A DNA stretch of 64,000 nt from Felis catus (taxonomy: Eukaryota), in the NCBI RefSeq assembly GCF_018350175.1, contig NC_058368.1, positions 82,338,001 to 82,402,000 of the forward strand, given 5' to 3'. The position numbers were made by a program, and so were the translations under genes. Positions 50,199 through 64,000 of the stretch are shown here, piece after piece; the stretch's first letter is position 1, and the number at the start of each line of letters is the position of its first letter. A model generated the notes under the pieces. That model worked only from the letters and a program-made list of their open reading frames with translations. It searched no databases and had not been told where the DNA came from.

Positions 50199-52369
50199 TG
50201 AGACCCTGAAACACTGGAACGTGGTATAAAAACGTCAGCTGAACTAATGGAACCACCAGGAACCCGCAGGTGCCTGGTCCATAGGGAGCCTGTCGTCCTG
50301 TGCTGTGTGATGGGGTCCCGGCTGGGTCCTCCCTCCTCTCCTGCTTTGCTTCTGCTGCGGGTCTGGACATTGGGGGCCCTGACAGGGTGTGTCCAGCCTC
50401 TCACCTTGTCACACAGAAGCTGAGGTGGTCTGTGCCCTCCAGACCAGCCTGGGAGGGGCGGGGGAGGAGGGACCCTAGGCCTCCAGGCACGGTACTCTGA
50501 AGTCCTGGACTGGGGACCCGGAGGTCATCGGGAGGAAACCTGCCGACGTCCACAGCAAACGCCTGAGAAGCGGGTGGAGGGTGCGGGGCCTGCTGGACCC
50601 CACGTCCCCTCTGCAGGTCTCACTAGTGACTGGTGTCCTGGAGGCTGCCTGACCTTGGATGCCCTCACTCCGCCACAGGAACCTGGACACGGACATAGGG
50701 AGCCACGTGTGGGGCATTTGAGGGCGAGCCCTCTTTGCAGCGTCTTACAGGCTGCCGGCAACACTTTGGGGACAGGAGTTCATGGCTTCTTCACCCTTCT
50801 CCTCTCAAGCTTCTGGGGCCATGCCTGCGGGGTCTGAAGGACTAGGGGCTCTGGGTGACACCCTCCCCCAGGATGAAGACACCATGGCCTACACCCTCCA
50901 GAAGTCTGGTTGATTTCGGGAGAAAGGTGGTGGAAGAGGTGAGTGAAGAAGCCACGGGAATGACCACCCTCCCTGCCATCTGGCTGACTGTGGCTTTGGA
51001 ATAGGAAAACCGTTCTGGGTTTTAAGCACCCAAGGTTGGAGGCCCACAAGAGTTAGTAGCTGCCACGCAGGAAGCAGACTCAGCAGCTCCAGTCACATAA
51101 AAACTGTGGTTGGCGGGTGGCCCTGTCCTCTTATCGCTCCACCAGGGCCACCAGCCACACCCTGCCCTGTCGCTTGCTGACACGGGAGCCGTGAGGGCTG
51201 TCTGGCCGCTGAGGCCGGCCTCCGTCCATGGCCTTGTGACTGGTACGAACCCTCCTGTTCCTTTCTGCCCAGGAATCCGGGCAGCGGGGGCTGGGCAGTC
51301 CCCAGGCCAGCAGGCTGGGTGTGAGGCACAGCATGGTTCGCGGCACTACCCGGAGCCGTCACACTGGGGCCGCATGCGCCGCGTGCCGGGACAGGGTGTG
51401 CTGCTCTGAAGGGAGTGGTCCTGCAGCCCGACTCCTGGTGGCGTGGAGAGCCAGCGAGCGTGTGAAAGCACTGTGCCCTGCCCTCATCCTCTGTGACTTT
51501 CGCTCACTGGTCCTGGGACCCGACAGCTAGTGACCACTGATTACACAGGGAGGATTCTCACAGGACCAGGTGCTCCTGGGTCTCAGTTTCCACAGATTTC
51601 GGTGCTCATGGAGGGGCTCTGTCTGAAACCACCTCCTGGAACTTATGTTTCAGTTGCCACGAGTTCACACAACGTCTGCTTGGAATATCTGAGCTGCTTT
51701 CGGGACAGGCCCCAGTGTCTCTGTGTTTAGATAGGGCCCTGGGGCCTTTCTGATGGGATGCCACACCCTGGGCTATCTAAGCTGCGCTCCCCAGAGAATG
51801 ACATTCTCCTGCAGCACCTTCAGCATGTGCTAGAGACGCTGGTGCATGCTGGCCTGTGTCGTAGGAAAATGAAGTTACTGATTCTGTGTCAAAGTAATCT
51901 GACTGCCCCCAGCATGACCGCCCGGGACCGTCGCTATTGCTTCTGGGGCACTGCCTCTCCCGAGCTTCCCGTGCCCTGTGTGTGTGTTGCTATGTGTCCA
52001 TTTCTCCCCCAGAAACATTCAGCGCACACGTCCTGTGCACGGTGCTGCTAGGCACGCGGTGGGGAGCCCTGATCTCCTGCCGCGGATGCACAGAGAGCAC
52101 TGCCCAGGGTGCATGGGAGGAGCCGTGGGGAGGATGGAGAGTGGCAGTCAGGCAGGGAGGCCCGGAAGGATCTGTCCCGAGGCTGGATGGGGAGGTTAGG
52201 GCGCTTGTGGGTGAGGGCCGGAATGCCAGCTCGCCAAGCAGACATGCCCCCTGTGGCGGCTGTGACCCCTGGGGCTCTCCCTGCAGCTGCAGGACAGGGA
52301 GTCCCCTTGATCTCACCTCTGCCCCAGGTCCTGCACCCGCCCACCTCTCTCCCTGCACACCACCAAGGA

Positions 52370-53045
52370 GGCTATCTGGTCCTTTGTTGGAGGCTTTTGG
52401 TTATTGATTCAGTCTTGTTTGTATGGGTCTGTGGAAAATTTCTATTTCTTCTGGAGTCAGTTTTGGTACTTTGTGTGCTTCTTACAATTTGTTCATCTAG
52501 ATGATCAACTTTGTTGGTGCACAAAAGCTCACAGTATCTTCTTATAATCCTTTAATTTTTGTAAAGTTGGTAATACTGTTCCCAAACTTATTTCTGATTT
52601 TAGTCACTTGCTTTTTCCTCTTGTTTTCTTAGTTTAGCTAAAGATTTGTCAACTTTATTGATGTTTTCAAAGAACATTGATTGTCTTTCTTTTCCCCCTG
52701 CGTCTTTTTTCTCTGTGTTAACCTTTATAATTTCCTTTCTTTTGCTGGCTTCAGGCTTCGTTTGCTCTCCTTTTTCTAGTTCTTTAGGGCGGGAGGCAGC
52801 TGATCTGAGAGCTGTCTTCTTTTTCAGTGTGTGTGTTTACCACTGTGAGTTCCCGGAGAGCCTCAACCGCACCGGAGTGGGGCCCCGGTGTGCTTTCATT
52901 TCATCCTGTTCACCCCAAACTGGTGTGCAGTCCCCCTGGTGACTTCTTCTTTGACCCATCGGTTGTTTAAGGGTATGATGTTTGGTTTCCACATATTTGG
53001 ACTTTCCATCCATGATTAATTTCTACCCCATCCGTGTGGTTGGGG
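52370..53045 (-). mobile_element. LINE-1 ORF2 fragment
   Basis: T-rich antisense L1-like text (tttagctaaagatttgtcaactttattgatgttttcaaagaac). Confidence 0.72.
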
Positions 53046-56000
53046 GAGGAAGTTATGGACAGCAGGAGTATGGATGGAGGACACATGAAGTCCAGCCTGG
53101 GGTCATGGGGGAGGCAGGGTGGTCTGCGTGGTGACGTGCACTGGAGCCTGCGGTGTCCCCAGCAGGAGGACCCCAGTCAGGACTGGAGGCAGACAGTACG
53201 AAGGGGCTGAGGGACATCTGGACGATGGATGTGGGAACAAAGAATACCTGGGGATGAGGAACACTTGGGGACAAGAGACACAGGGAGGATGGACGTGGGG
53301 ACAAGGGACCCGTGGTGAGGGATAGCCTAAGAGTCCTGACTCCCTGCTTGGGGTGTTGGGACTGCCTCAGGGCTCCCTGGTGAAGGCCTGGTGACATTCT
53401 CCTTGGCAGATGGTGTCCCTGCCAGCCGCATCCATGTGACGCTCCTGGGCGTCAGAATGCGCCCCTCCACCTGCACTGGGGGCCATCTTCCACCTGGCCC
53501 TTGTCATTAATGCCCCCTCCGCCAGCACAGACATCTCTCCCAGACCGTGGGCCCAATGGCTCTGCCTCTTCCATGTCCCCTGGATGCCACCATCAGACCA
53601 GCCCCTTGCCCTGCACCAGGCCCCACCCTGGTCATCACCTGCCTGGGTCGCTGTCACCAGGAGCTAACTGTCCCCTTTCTACCTGCCCCAGTTCAGCCCC
53701 CACAGCCAGAGGGCTCTCACGCCCCAGGGTAGGCCTTCTCAGATCCTCCGGGCGAGACCCCGACCCCTTGCTCCCTTGGCAGCCCTGACTCACTGGGTCT
53801 GTCTTATCCTTGGATGAGAGGCCTGCCCACCTGGTGACAACCTTCCCACCTGGTGACAAGCTCACACCCACTGTTTTCCCGATTTCCATGTTATCAACAT
53901 GACCTTATCTACTGGTATTTGGTTTTTAATCTGCCTTCCCTGTTTCGACGTAAACTCAGAGCCCCGTGGAGATGTGAAGGTGACCTTCCCCCTTCCCAGG
54001 AGAAGGGCCCTGCAGGGCAGTGAGACCTGTTCCCTTCTGTCCCTGAGGGAGTAACAGCTTCCATGCAAAGTCTGTCTGTGTGGTGGCCTCTGTCTGTGTG
54101 GAGAGTGATGTGGCTTGTGTCCCCCCAAGGCGTGATGAGTTCTGCCTCCCTGTCCTTACTGGCACCTGACAGACCAGAGACCCACAGGGCATCTCTAAGA
54201 GAGCTCTTCCGTCACTGTTCTGGAACACTTCCTACTTCCAGCCCGAACGTTGGAGGAGAGAACGTCCAACATCTTTCCCACCATGATCTCCTGGACCTGG
54301 GGGCTGACGCACTAGAGGATCTCAGGCAGTGCCACCCCCGATCTCACTGCACTTTATCCTGTGTGTGGTCACGCTAGCACTTGACTTACCGAGTGTGTGT
54401 GATCACGCTGGCACTGAATTTTAACTTTCAGGAGCAGTGGGCAGAAAGACAAGGTCAGTTGAAAGGTGATGAGGATATTCAAATGGTGGGGACAGCTTGT
54501 ACAAGACCAAACCATGTTTTGTAAGTCTGGATGATTGAGGGCAGTCAGGCAATGTCAGAGGACACTACACATCTTGTGCTTCTGCGAAGTTCTGGGTGAA
54601 ATCAGGTGGGGTGTCAGGGAGGCCTCTCAGCTGTCCAGGACTCTGGCCAGGCTGCTGCCGCCTCAGAGCTGGTCGCATGGCCAGGAGGGGGAGTGTGATG
54701 TTCTCTGAAGGGCCATCAAGTTGGTGCATGACGAGCTTGCTGGGATAGCAGTCCCCACAACGCTTTGCTTGCACATGCACAGTGAGAGAAGTAGCAGGGC
54801 CACTTCTGGAAGCTTCTCAGACAATGGGCAAGTGCTTGGTGGATGCCCTGGGGCAGCACCGGAGCTGGAGTATGGGTGCACAGGGCAGGCAGACACCCAC
54901 TCCCGACCACACACCCTGCCGGGCTCTAGGAGAGTCCTCTGTGGGGACAGCCAAGGCTGCCTGGGACCCCAGAGTGCCATGGGCCAGCAGAGCTCGGTGT
55001 CCAGGACAAAGCAGGAGCCTGGGAGGCATTTGCTGGCGGAACGGCTCTCCTTGCTTTTGGACTTGTCAGAGTCTGACTCCTTCCTGAGTTCACCGGCCAC
55101 TCAGGAGGTCTGGCAGGCAGGTAGGAGGCTGCATCCTGGGATTGCAGCGTGGCTAGCCCTCCCTGCAGCTGACAGTAATGTCACAGATGTCAGGACTGGG
55201 AGGACATGTGCTAAGTGACTCTGGGTTCTAAGGTGATCCTGTTCATCTTTGAGTCTGTTTTCCGTTGGCCCCCTGGCTGGGGATTCTGCGCAAGGAGAAT
55301 TGGAGGCAGCAAGTGGCAGGGACGGACTCCCGGCTGATGTAGCCTTGGGGTTCAGGCCTTTAGGAGGGACCCTACCTGGGCAAGGGCCAGGACATCCCTC
55401 TGGGGGTGGCAGGACTGTCAAAGCTTGAAGACTCAGCAGTCAAATTAGGTGAAAACTTTTCATTTTTTTTGGAAAGTGAGGTGCTGGGAAATTTGAAAGC
55501 TGCCATCTGAATCGTTTATATATGTTTTAATGCATTTTTCCACAACAGCAGTACAAATGCAGGAGAGTTCCGTCAGTACAGTTTCTGCAAATGATGTTCA
55601 CGTGACTTTACACACCCATCCTTTTACTTGTGTGCAGTGGTTTCCCCAAGGAAGCGACCAGTGTCTTCTCCTTCCCCAGCAGAATGAAGGAAGTGCTTTT
55701 TTCTTTGGCTACCTTTGCGGTGGGCGTGGCAGGTGGGCAGCCCCTGCCTGGTCTCACACCCTCCCCCCGCCCCCCCAGAACTTGGCTTGTTTTTCCAGGG
55801 CCTTCCAGTGCCCTCAGGGTAAGGCGAGTCCTCCCTGTCTGTGCCCCAGGGTGCTGGGTTGACGCCTGGTACTATGGAGGGGGGGTGGTTAGTTCTCAGT
55901 GCGGGGGAGGCACTGTGGTCTGGTTGTTGCTGAGTCAACAGCCGAGCTGTTGTGCAGAACAGTGGTGTTAACACTGCAGCTTCTGTGGGGTAATAGTTCT

Positions 56001-56639
56001 TCGTTGTGCAGATGAACAGGCAGGGCTTTCTGCACACCTCCCCTCGGGGCCTCAAATTCTCTGTCAGTTCATCACAAAATGTCACAAGTGTCAGACCGTG
56101 AGGAACAGCCAAGGACCTCTGTTGGTTTTGTCACGTCTACCGGCCACACCAGAGAGGCAGGCTGCGGGGACGCATGGCAAGAGTGAGTGGGAGCCAACAC
56201 CTCTGAGTCCAGGTGGGGAAATTGAGGACCAGACAGTCACCAGTTCAGAGACCCCCAAAGGACTTGGGCACAGCCCCAATTTGCAACATCAGGGGACCGT
56301 TTCCACCGGGCTCTGGTAGGGCTGGCGGCTGAGAGCGGGCCCAATTCCCTGCACCTCAGAACAGCAGCTGTGGGGGGTGGGGCCTGGCACCCCGCCACAC
56401 TGTCCTCTGGAGTGTCAAGCCAGCTCCCTGCGCCTTGTTGAACAAAATGGACAGAGGGGGAGCTGGTTGCGTGGAGCCGTGGCCAGTGAGCCTGACTGCG
56501 CTGCCCAGAAGCAGCTCAGATGTGTGGGAGGAAGCACCCTGAGTGACTTGGGGGACAGTCTGGGGCCTGTTTCCAAGGCTGGAGACCCAGAGGACTGCTC
56601 ACAAACACTGGGCACTGCTTATAGTTTGCTGGTCACAAG

Positions 56640-57320
56640 GGGTGGGTAGTTCCAAGTTGCTTTATGCAGAATCCTGGACCCAGGAAATAAATACGCTGCC
56701 GTGGGTCATGTGGGCGGGGTTCTTGCTGCTGGAAAGGAGTTGCAGGTGACAAGGCTGTTGCAGTGGTTTGGGCGGTGACAATACTTGGGGAATCTCAGGG
56801 GAACAACACGTGGGAATTCTTTGTACTATGTTTGCTACCTGTTATGGGAAGTTTAAAATTATTTCACAAAGATAGTTTAAAATATGTAGAGAAAGTGGCC
56901 GACAATGGGAAGAAAGGTTTCTTCAGCTAAGAGAGATGTGGCTGGAAACAGCAGCGAGCCTGCGGTAGCCAGCAGATGGCTGACACTTAGAAAATGAAAA
57001 GGAGGCGTCGCTTGGGTATAAGGAGGTGCTAGGCCTTTGGAGTGAAAACTGGCAAAGCCTCGTTATGGACGAGGTGGCGTTTCTCAGACCATAAGGCGCG
57101 CAGACCTGAACGTGTCCTGTCTGAACGTGAGGGGTCTGTCCCGCAGAGACGCCCACCCAGAAACCCAGATTCAACACGGATCCTATTTAGGGTCGTTGTG
57201 GCAGAATTTGTAATAGCAAAAAGCTGCAGACAGTCTGATAATCTGATTATTCATGAGGGGGTGTGCGGAGGACCCGGGGTCCCATCTCCCACCACAGCGT
57301 GGAAGAACCAGCAAGAACGC
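56640..57320 (+). mobile_element. Ancient L1 3'-end fragments (L1M-type)
   Basis: L1 3'-UTR-like strings (gggaattctttgtactatgtttgc; gcagaatttgtaatagcaaaaagctg); very diverged. Confidence 0.45.
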
Positions 57321-57461
57321 AGCCCGCGGGCCGGGCTGAGTCATGGGGCGGTGGGAGCGGCGGTGGGCCCGGGGCGGCGGGGTGGGACTCGGGCAGCTGG
57401 CATCTGGAGGACTGTATCGGGAGTGTGTAACGCCCACTCGCTTCTCTGCCCTCTGCCCCAG

Positions 57462-57551
57462 CTGGTCGCGGCCATCGTGTTCATCAGCTTCGGCGTGGTG
57501 GCGGCCTTCTGTTGCGCCATCGTGGACGGCGTGTTTGCTGCTCGGCACATA
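57462..57551 (+). CDS. TMEM255B: TMEM255B exon 4 (90 nt); exon 5 onward not found in the window
   Basis: ctgccccag acceptor; [30 protein letters not shown]; donor ATA|gtgagt. Confidence 0.95.
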
Positions 57552-57729
57552 GTGAGTGTCCCTTCCTCCATTTTGTTCTCCGTCACTATTGGGGTTTGAA
57601 AATATCTACAGAAGCAAAATTTCATGTTGCAGAACTCAGCTCACTGACCTTCTGGGTCCTCCCTCCCTGGGTCTGCCAACCGCTCTCTCTGCCTTGTTGG
57701 CTTTTCCTCATTCTCTGCAAAACTGACCC

Positions 57730-58030
57730 AGCACATGCACACACACACATGGACAAACACACACGTGTGTGCATGCACACTCATGTGCATGCATACACAC
57801 TGATGGTCACACACATGCACACACATGCACATGGACACACGCACACACATGCACACACTCATGGACACACACATGTGCATGCACACTCACACACTGATGG
57901 TCACACGCATGCACTCACATACGTACACATGCACACGGATGCATGCACACTCGTGGGCACACGTGCACACACTCAGGTGCGTGCACATACTCATAGGTAC
58001 ACACACAGTGCCCTCACACACTCATGTGCA
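57730..58030. repeat. Degenerate (CACATG/CA)n array
   Basis: Simple repeat just downstream of TMEM255B exon 4. Confidence 0.85.
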
Positions 58031-58829
58031 GTAGTTCAAGTATGTGTCTTGAGGGGTGATGTTGGCATTTTCTCACTGGCACTGTAGCTGTGAGACCCTT
58101 ATGCTTGTTTCATCTCCGTGTGGACGCCTGAGTGGGCGAGTCCTTCATAGGGGCTGAGGGCCCAAGTGTGAGAGTCCTTGGCAGTGGCTGAGGACGGGGC
58201 CACACCAGGCGCACGCCCTGGGACCTGGGAAGTCCAGCTTGTTCTACTTGGAGCAAGCAGGTTCCGAGTGAGGGAGAGAGCCAGGCCACGGAACGAGGAG
58301 CATAGAAATAAATACTCGAGTATGCTGAAGTCAGTCAAGGCGGCCAAGGCAAATGTGGAATCCGTTGTCCAATTACGTAGGACATTTTCCTAAACCAGTC
58401 TGTATGTTTAGAAAAGCTTTGTTACAATGTCAGGAAATGGCTCTTGTTTCAAACTGGGCAGGTGGAAGTGAGATTTTTCCGCCAACCTGGGGGCCCAGCA
58501 GAGACAGCGTTATACCCTCAGCCGAAGCCTGACCTGCATTTCTTTCTGAACACCTGTCACGGGCAGCTGCCTTTGACCTTGGACTCTGGACTCAGGAGGT
58601 GGTGGGTTGGTGCTGCGTTGACCTCTGCGGGGCAAGCCGTCCACCTTCCTGGCACCCTGTCCTGCTAAAGGACTCTGAACAGCTGGTTGTTCCCCCAGAA
58701 CCCCTGACACATTTACGGCCTGAGGGCGATGGGCTGGGAGCAGACACACTTCACGTTCCTTCTGCCTGGCTGCCTTGAGCTCGCCAGTAAGCCCCCCACT
58801 CGGTGAGCCCCATGACGGTGCTGTCACCG

Positions 58830-59145
58830 AGTGCCATGTCCCCATAAATTCTCATGTCGAGACCTGGCTTCCAGGGGGATGGTGTTCGGGGTGCAGCTTT
58901 GAGAGGTCACGAGGTGGAGCGTTTGTACAGGGGCCTGTAATGCTCCCCGGCCCCTCCTCCTCATGGGTGAGCACACACTGTCCCTGAACCCGGAGGGGGC
59001 CCCCCCACACACTGGATCTGGCAGCCCCTCCTGACCGTGGACTTCCAGCCGCTGTGCTGTGAGAAGCAAATTGTTTATTGTTTACCCCCTCCCCTCCCTG
59101 CCAGTTTATAGTATTTTATTGTAACAGCTCGCGTGGACGAACAAA
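58830..59145 (+). mobile_element. MaLR LTR (MLT1-like)
   Basis: tgtccccataaattctcatgtcga start and ggacttccagcc...tgtgaga...ccagtttatagtattttattgtaacagc end. Confidence 0.7.
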
Positions 59146-62100
59146 AATTGGTCCAAGAGTGGCGTGCTGCCGGGGGGCTCCCCAGGGCCGAACAAAGCCC
59201 CTGGCGGGGTGGTGGGGGGGGGTGGCCCCTCTTGGGCCTCTGTGGAACGTTTGTGCCTCTGCCGTCAGATGCAGGCGCAGGAAGAGTGAGACAGAGAGCA
59301 TCACGGCTGAGCCGCCCAGGACAGCCCTGGCCTGCACAGGTGGCCAGGCATCTGTGGGTCCTGAGTGACCCCGGGCCGTGAGGACCCGCTGGTGCCTGGA
59401 AGGGGCACAGGCCGGAGCCTGACCAGAGCCCCATGGTCGTCCCCGCCCCGGGTGTTCACCGGCATTTGTTAGGTCTTTACATTTATAGCACTTTTTAGGA
59501 GTCTCTGTATGTGTACTTTGTCCCAGACTTCTGCTTTTTTTTATTTCTGGAAAGATCACTTGAACTGTGAGTCCCTGACCAGTATTTGCTGCCATGGTTC
59601 TGGCGTGCTGCTTGGTTAGCACAGAAAGCGTATCCTCCGATGCAAATCCAGTATTCGTTTCCAAGCCTGTTGCTGATGTCAGCAGGTCGTGCTGGACGGG
59701 AGACCTGGCCTTCTGCAATGCCCTCCAGCCATCAGCACCCGCCGAGGGCTCCCCAAGCCAGGACGCAGGGATGGGTGGACAGAAAGCCTCTTGGGGCTCA
59801 AAACAGGCCTGCCAGGGGGTGATCGTCTCAAGGCCTTCTCAGGAGGAAACCCCACGTGTGCCCTCAGAATGCAGCTCTGTGGGGAGTGCCCCGGAGACAG
59901 ATGCCCATCTGCTCAGTGACGAGCTGGTCAGTTTAGAAACGTCTAGCAGACAGTGCTTCTCAACATGGGCCCCACCCTGGGGCAGACAGAGGAGTGAGTG
60001 GTGTCTGTCTGGGCCTGGCCGCACTTTTGTGCTGGTCTCTCTGTTCCAGGTGTTTCCTGGGTAATGAGGCCCATTCACACAGTGGCATCCGGTACAAAGA
60101 GTTAATCGCAGTTTTCTCCTGGCACGTCGGCGGGTCAGGTCTTCAGTAGGCCCAGACAGGGGGCGATATGTCTGATGCTGTGGAGAACGGCGTCCCTCGT
60201 GGGGCAGAGGGCAGAGCATGCCAGGGAAGGGTCAGCAGGCTTCCGCCGGGGGCTTCGTGCAGAGCCCGGGTGGTTGTGAGGGCGCCCTCCCCAGCGGGGC
60301 CCAGCTCTCCGCTCCACAGGCCTTGGCGGGTCAGTGTGCCACTCTGCCCACTAAGCCAGGTGCTACCAGCCTGGAGGCCTCAGGAGTGTGTGTGGAAGCG
60401 TCCCGAGTGTAAATATCCCCTTGTCAAAGTTCTTTCCCTTCTAAAAATGCACAATTAACATCTCTTGAGAAGAAGATGTGATGATCCCATTGTGGTGTGA
60501 GTGTCCCTCTGCTTCCAGGAAGGACAGGGAACCCTGAGAGGCAACCACCCCATCCTATGAGCCAGCATGCTGGCAGACGGAGGCTGGCACTTGGCCCCCT
60601 TGGCCATAGGCCCAAGTCACCAACACAACAGAAAGTAGAGCCTCACGGCAGCAGGATGTGTGACCGTGGCAAGGACCCCAGTCGCGGCCTGAACTGTGAC
60701 ACAGAAGCGGCTGTCCCCATCCCTGCCCTACACGCAATCTTCAAGCACGTCCTTACGGAACAACAAGACCCAGAGGCAGATGCTTAATAATAAAGGCAAA
60801 TAAAGTGGAAATTTAGGAGCTGGGGGACCCTCTGGCCTGCCTGAGTCCTGCCCGCCATGCGGGACCTGCCTCCATCCTGAGGAACAGGGCTCCCCAAGGC
60901 CTTGACCTGGGTGGCAGGGAGCACATTTCTGCCTGAGGCCCAACACGGGGACACTCTCTGTGCTTGTTCTGTGCGATGGGACGTCCATTTCCAGCAGTGA
61001 GGACCCATCTCCCGAGGGGCAGCTCAGCTCAGCCTTCCTGCCGTCAGAAGAGGCAGCATTGACTCAGGAAGGTGGAAAGGGTCTTGTGCCCGAGGTTGGC
61101 CCTAGGGGGCTCCAGGTGCCTGGGCCCCCTCCAGTGCACTGCACCCCCATGGCCCGAGCCTCTGCCGAGAGGGCCCATTGGCCGCGGAGCCGGTGGAAGT
61201 CGGGCCAGCTTCCTACTTGTGAGGGGGGTGCTCCTCTCCCAGGGAGTGGATGAGGATGAATAGAGTCATGGGTCCTGGTAGGGCCACGTGAAGGAAGGAC
61301 CACCCTTTCCTGGGCAGACTGTGTTCCTTCCGTTGAAACAAGGTGTGGACATTTCGGAAACCACAGGCAGAGTCTGGCCAGAGGGTTTCACGTGACCAGT
61401 CTTTTTTTCCCTCTATTTTTCCCTCTATTAAAAACAAAGCCAGTAAAAGCTGGGTTTTACTGAGAAGGGTTACGGGGTGTTGAAGATGGGTGTCTTCCCT
61501 CGGCTCCAGTCCCTGCCTGGCTGCTGACCCGGGGGAGAGTGGGGCCAGGGGAGCGTGGTGAGGGTGGCTGGACACACCTTTTTTTGTCCGGAAAGGAGCC
61601 CAGGCAGTGTGACGGATGGCTCTGGGTCCCCAGCTCCCTGCGGGGCAGAACGGGCTGGGGAGGGGGGCAGGGGTCCAGACTCAGGACCTTCACCTCTGCC
61701 CTCAAAAGGCAAAGCACTCAGCATTCTCTGTCCTCAGTGTGTCCTACATACATTTTAAGGTTTCTTAGTTTTTTTTTTTTTTAAACTGCTGCACCTGGTG
61801 TTAATCCTGGGCTATCCCACGTGTGACTTACAGAACTCTGTTCTTTCCACTTTTCTCCAAGTTTGAAATTATTTCCAAACAAAAGATTTCAAAAACGCCA
61901 GGACCAGGTGCACGTCCTCATTGTCCCGGTCTGGTGTGGCTGTCCCAGCCTCTGCAGAGCTCGGGCTCCACCACACGCTGAGGGGTCACTGAGCCCCCCG
62001 CACGTGACGTGAGGGCCTCCTCCCCACAGCCTCCCTCGCACACTCCTGCTCATTTATTCCTTAGCTCGGTTTTCTGCCTTCCTCTGGCTGCACACGGCCA

Positions 62101-62284
62101 GCGTCTGAGGGCCGGCCCGTCCCCACTCACGGGGCATGTGCACCGGGGAAGACGTGAACAAGGGTATGAAGGAGCTGAGTTTCCAGGTTGAAAATGTCCA
62201 GCCTGACTCTGCAGGGTGGAGAGTGATTGTCTAACAGGCTAACAGGTGAAAAAACCAATTCACCAAAGGCTCTTTCCTACCCGC

Positions 62285-62466
62285 TTTTTTTTTTTTTTTT
62301 TGAGAGAGAGAGAGGGCATGTGCATTGGTGGGGGAAGGGCAGAGAGAGAGAGAGAGAGAGAGAGAATCCTAAGCGGGCTCCACACCAAGCCTGATTTGGG
62401 GCTCGAACCCACGACCATGGGATCGTGGACTGAGCTGAAATCAAGATGGAGCCCCCAAGGTGCCCC
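62285..62466 (-). mobile_element. Can-SINE
   Basis: Poly-T, (GA)n, antisense body. Confidence 0.85.
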
Positions 62467-63399
62467 TCTTTCCTAGAAACTTGTAACCGGCTTCCAGCAC
62501 TTCTCAAAATTATGATTTTGAGATGCCAACACTGGGGGACAAAATGTGGGGAAAACGTGACCAGGATGACAGGACGTGGTGCCGGGTGTGGTGCAGAGGC
62601 CCAGCGACACTAGGCCTGCAGGACTCACCTGGTCGCTGTGGCTCCTCCGCGTGGCACACGTCTGGTCTGACACACATATGAACAGTGACCGTGTGACTGG
62701 ACCTTGGGGACTGGTGTCACCACCAGGTCGGACCCAGCCTCACCTCGGTCCACGTCTGGCTCATGTTCTCTGTTGCAGGCTCCCTCCCTGTGCACTCGCT
62801 CTTGCTCCTGAGCTGAGCCCCTAGGGCTTGGGGGCGGGAGATGGCTTCTGGAACCCCGGTTTCCGAGTGAAAATCCCAGCCCTGCCGTGTGCATGGGAGT
62901 CTCCCGGCCTTGCCTCCCACTCGGCACTCATTGGAGAGAAAGTCCTTTCAAAACCACTTGCTTCCCAAGGGGAGCTCTCTATGCAGCTGCAGGCGTGAGC
63001 AGAGAAGGCATGTCCTCCCTCGGTCTCTGTCTTTCTCAGATGAGTGGGACTTCTGGAAGGTCGCCCCTGGCAGGACATCTGTCAGCTGTCAGCCCACCTG
63101 TTTCCACCCAGAGGGGCCTCCGGCAGGTCTTCTGGGCTGCTGGACTCATGGCTCTGGTCCACCACGGGGGCCATGGCAGATAATGGGGTCAAGACAGACT
63201 TCTCTCTAGCACAACCACTTTGCGGTTGCCCCAGAGTGTTTAGTTTAGTGCTGGTTTGGGACACCTGCAGGGACTGGACACACTGCGCTGATGGTAGGGG
63301 GCGTGGTGTCCTTCTCCTCCTGCTGGCCCCGGTGCCTCTGTTCACAGCTGCTCACCAAAGTCCTGCCCTGCCAGGCATGCTAGAGGCTGGGGCGGCACA

Positions 63400-63570
63400 T
63401 TAGGTCTGTGGCCATGTGGCCTCTGCCATGGCTACTGAGTTCAGCTGCTACAGCACAGAAGCAGCCACAGACGATATGCAGACAAATGTGCATGGCTGTG
63501 TGCCAATAAAACTTTATTTACAAAATCGGGTGGTGGGCCAGTCATGGCCTGAAGGCCACTGTGTCCCCCT
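63400..63570 (+). mobile_element. MER58-like hAT relic
   Basis: gcagccacagac...catggctgtgtgccaataaaactttatttacaaaa. Confidence 0.7.
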
Positions 63571-63692
63571 ACAGGAGACACACGGGGTTTTAACTGAACT
63601 TTAGTGACTTAGAGTCTCATGTTAGTATGTGGAGGGTCTTAACACTAATTTACGTAGAATGGTCAAGAAATAAAAACCGTGTCATAGTGGTC

Positions 63693-63722
63693 TTTTTTGG
63701 TTTTTAAAGTTTACTCATTTAT

Positions 63723-63759
<37 letters not shown>

Positions 63760-63880
63760 CCCAAGCAGATTCCACACTATTAGCACAGAGCCCGACGTGG
63801 GGCTCAAACTCATGAACCGTGAGATTATGACCTGAGCTGAAATCAAGAGTCGGATGCTCAACCAACAGCCACCCGGCGCC
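63693..63880 (-). mobile_element. Can-SINE
   Basis: T-rich tail, (GA)n, antisense body ...atgacctgagctgaaatcaagagtcgg. Confidence 0.88.
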
Positions 63881-64000
63881 TCTCAGTGGTCTTCCTGAAC
63901 ACCCACTGCCCCTTTTCCTGGGCCAGAATGACGCTGACTCCGGGCTCTGGCCCCAGAGAAATGCTATTTCCAGTGTGATCGTAAATTCGGAGAAGTCTTT

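Noticed and set aside
50585..50602. gggcctgctggacccc, similar to human TMEM255B exon 1
   Set aside because: It lies downstream of exon 3 with no ATG or donor; the full exon 1 is at 38054-38099.
57552..64000. TMEM255B exon 5 (expected about EPRPL..GRCQFYSSG)
   Set aside because: Not found by eye. It probably lies beyond the window, though a diverged short exon could have been missed; spliced alignment would settle it.

Overview
Mammalian genomic DNA, GC-rich and repeat-dense. The Can-SINE/SINEC_Fc-type elements point to a felid, probably a cat. Three spliced protein-coding genes are present, in the order I recall from human 13q34. ATP4B (gastric H+/K+-ATPase beta; minus strand; exons 1-4 seen, remainder apparently off the left edge) lies head-to-head with a complete 7-exon GRK1 (rhodopsin kinase; plus strand; 11583-23812; 564 aa ending in CaaX CLVS). 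TMEM255B follows (plus strand; exons 1-4 seen at 38054-57551; later exons not found). The rest is old L1, many SINEs, DNA-transposon, MaLR and MIR/L2 relics, and several minisatellites. Nearly all other ORFs in the supplied track look spurious. I found no convincing novel multi-gene system. The best leads are an orphan CpG-island promoter at about 28.7-29.6 kb, a three-SINE block inside one target-site duplication, an E-box-rich minisatellite upstream of GRK1, a Met-to-Ile change at the GRK1 gatekeeper, a shifted TMEM255B exon-2 acceptor, and L1 relics with strong GC drift. Gene and repeat identities come from recalled sequences, not database searches.
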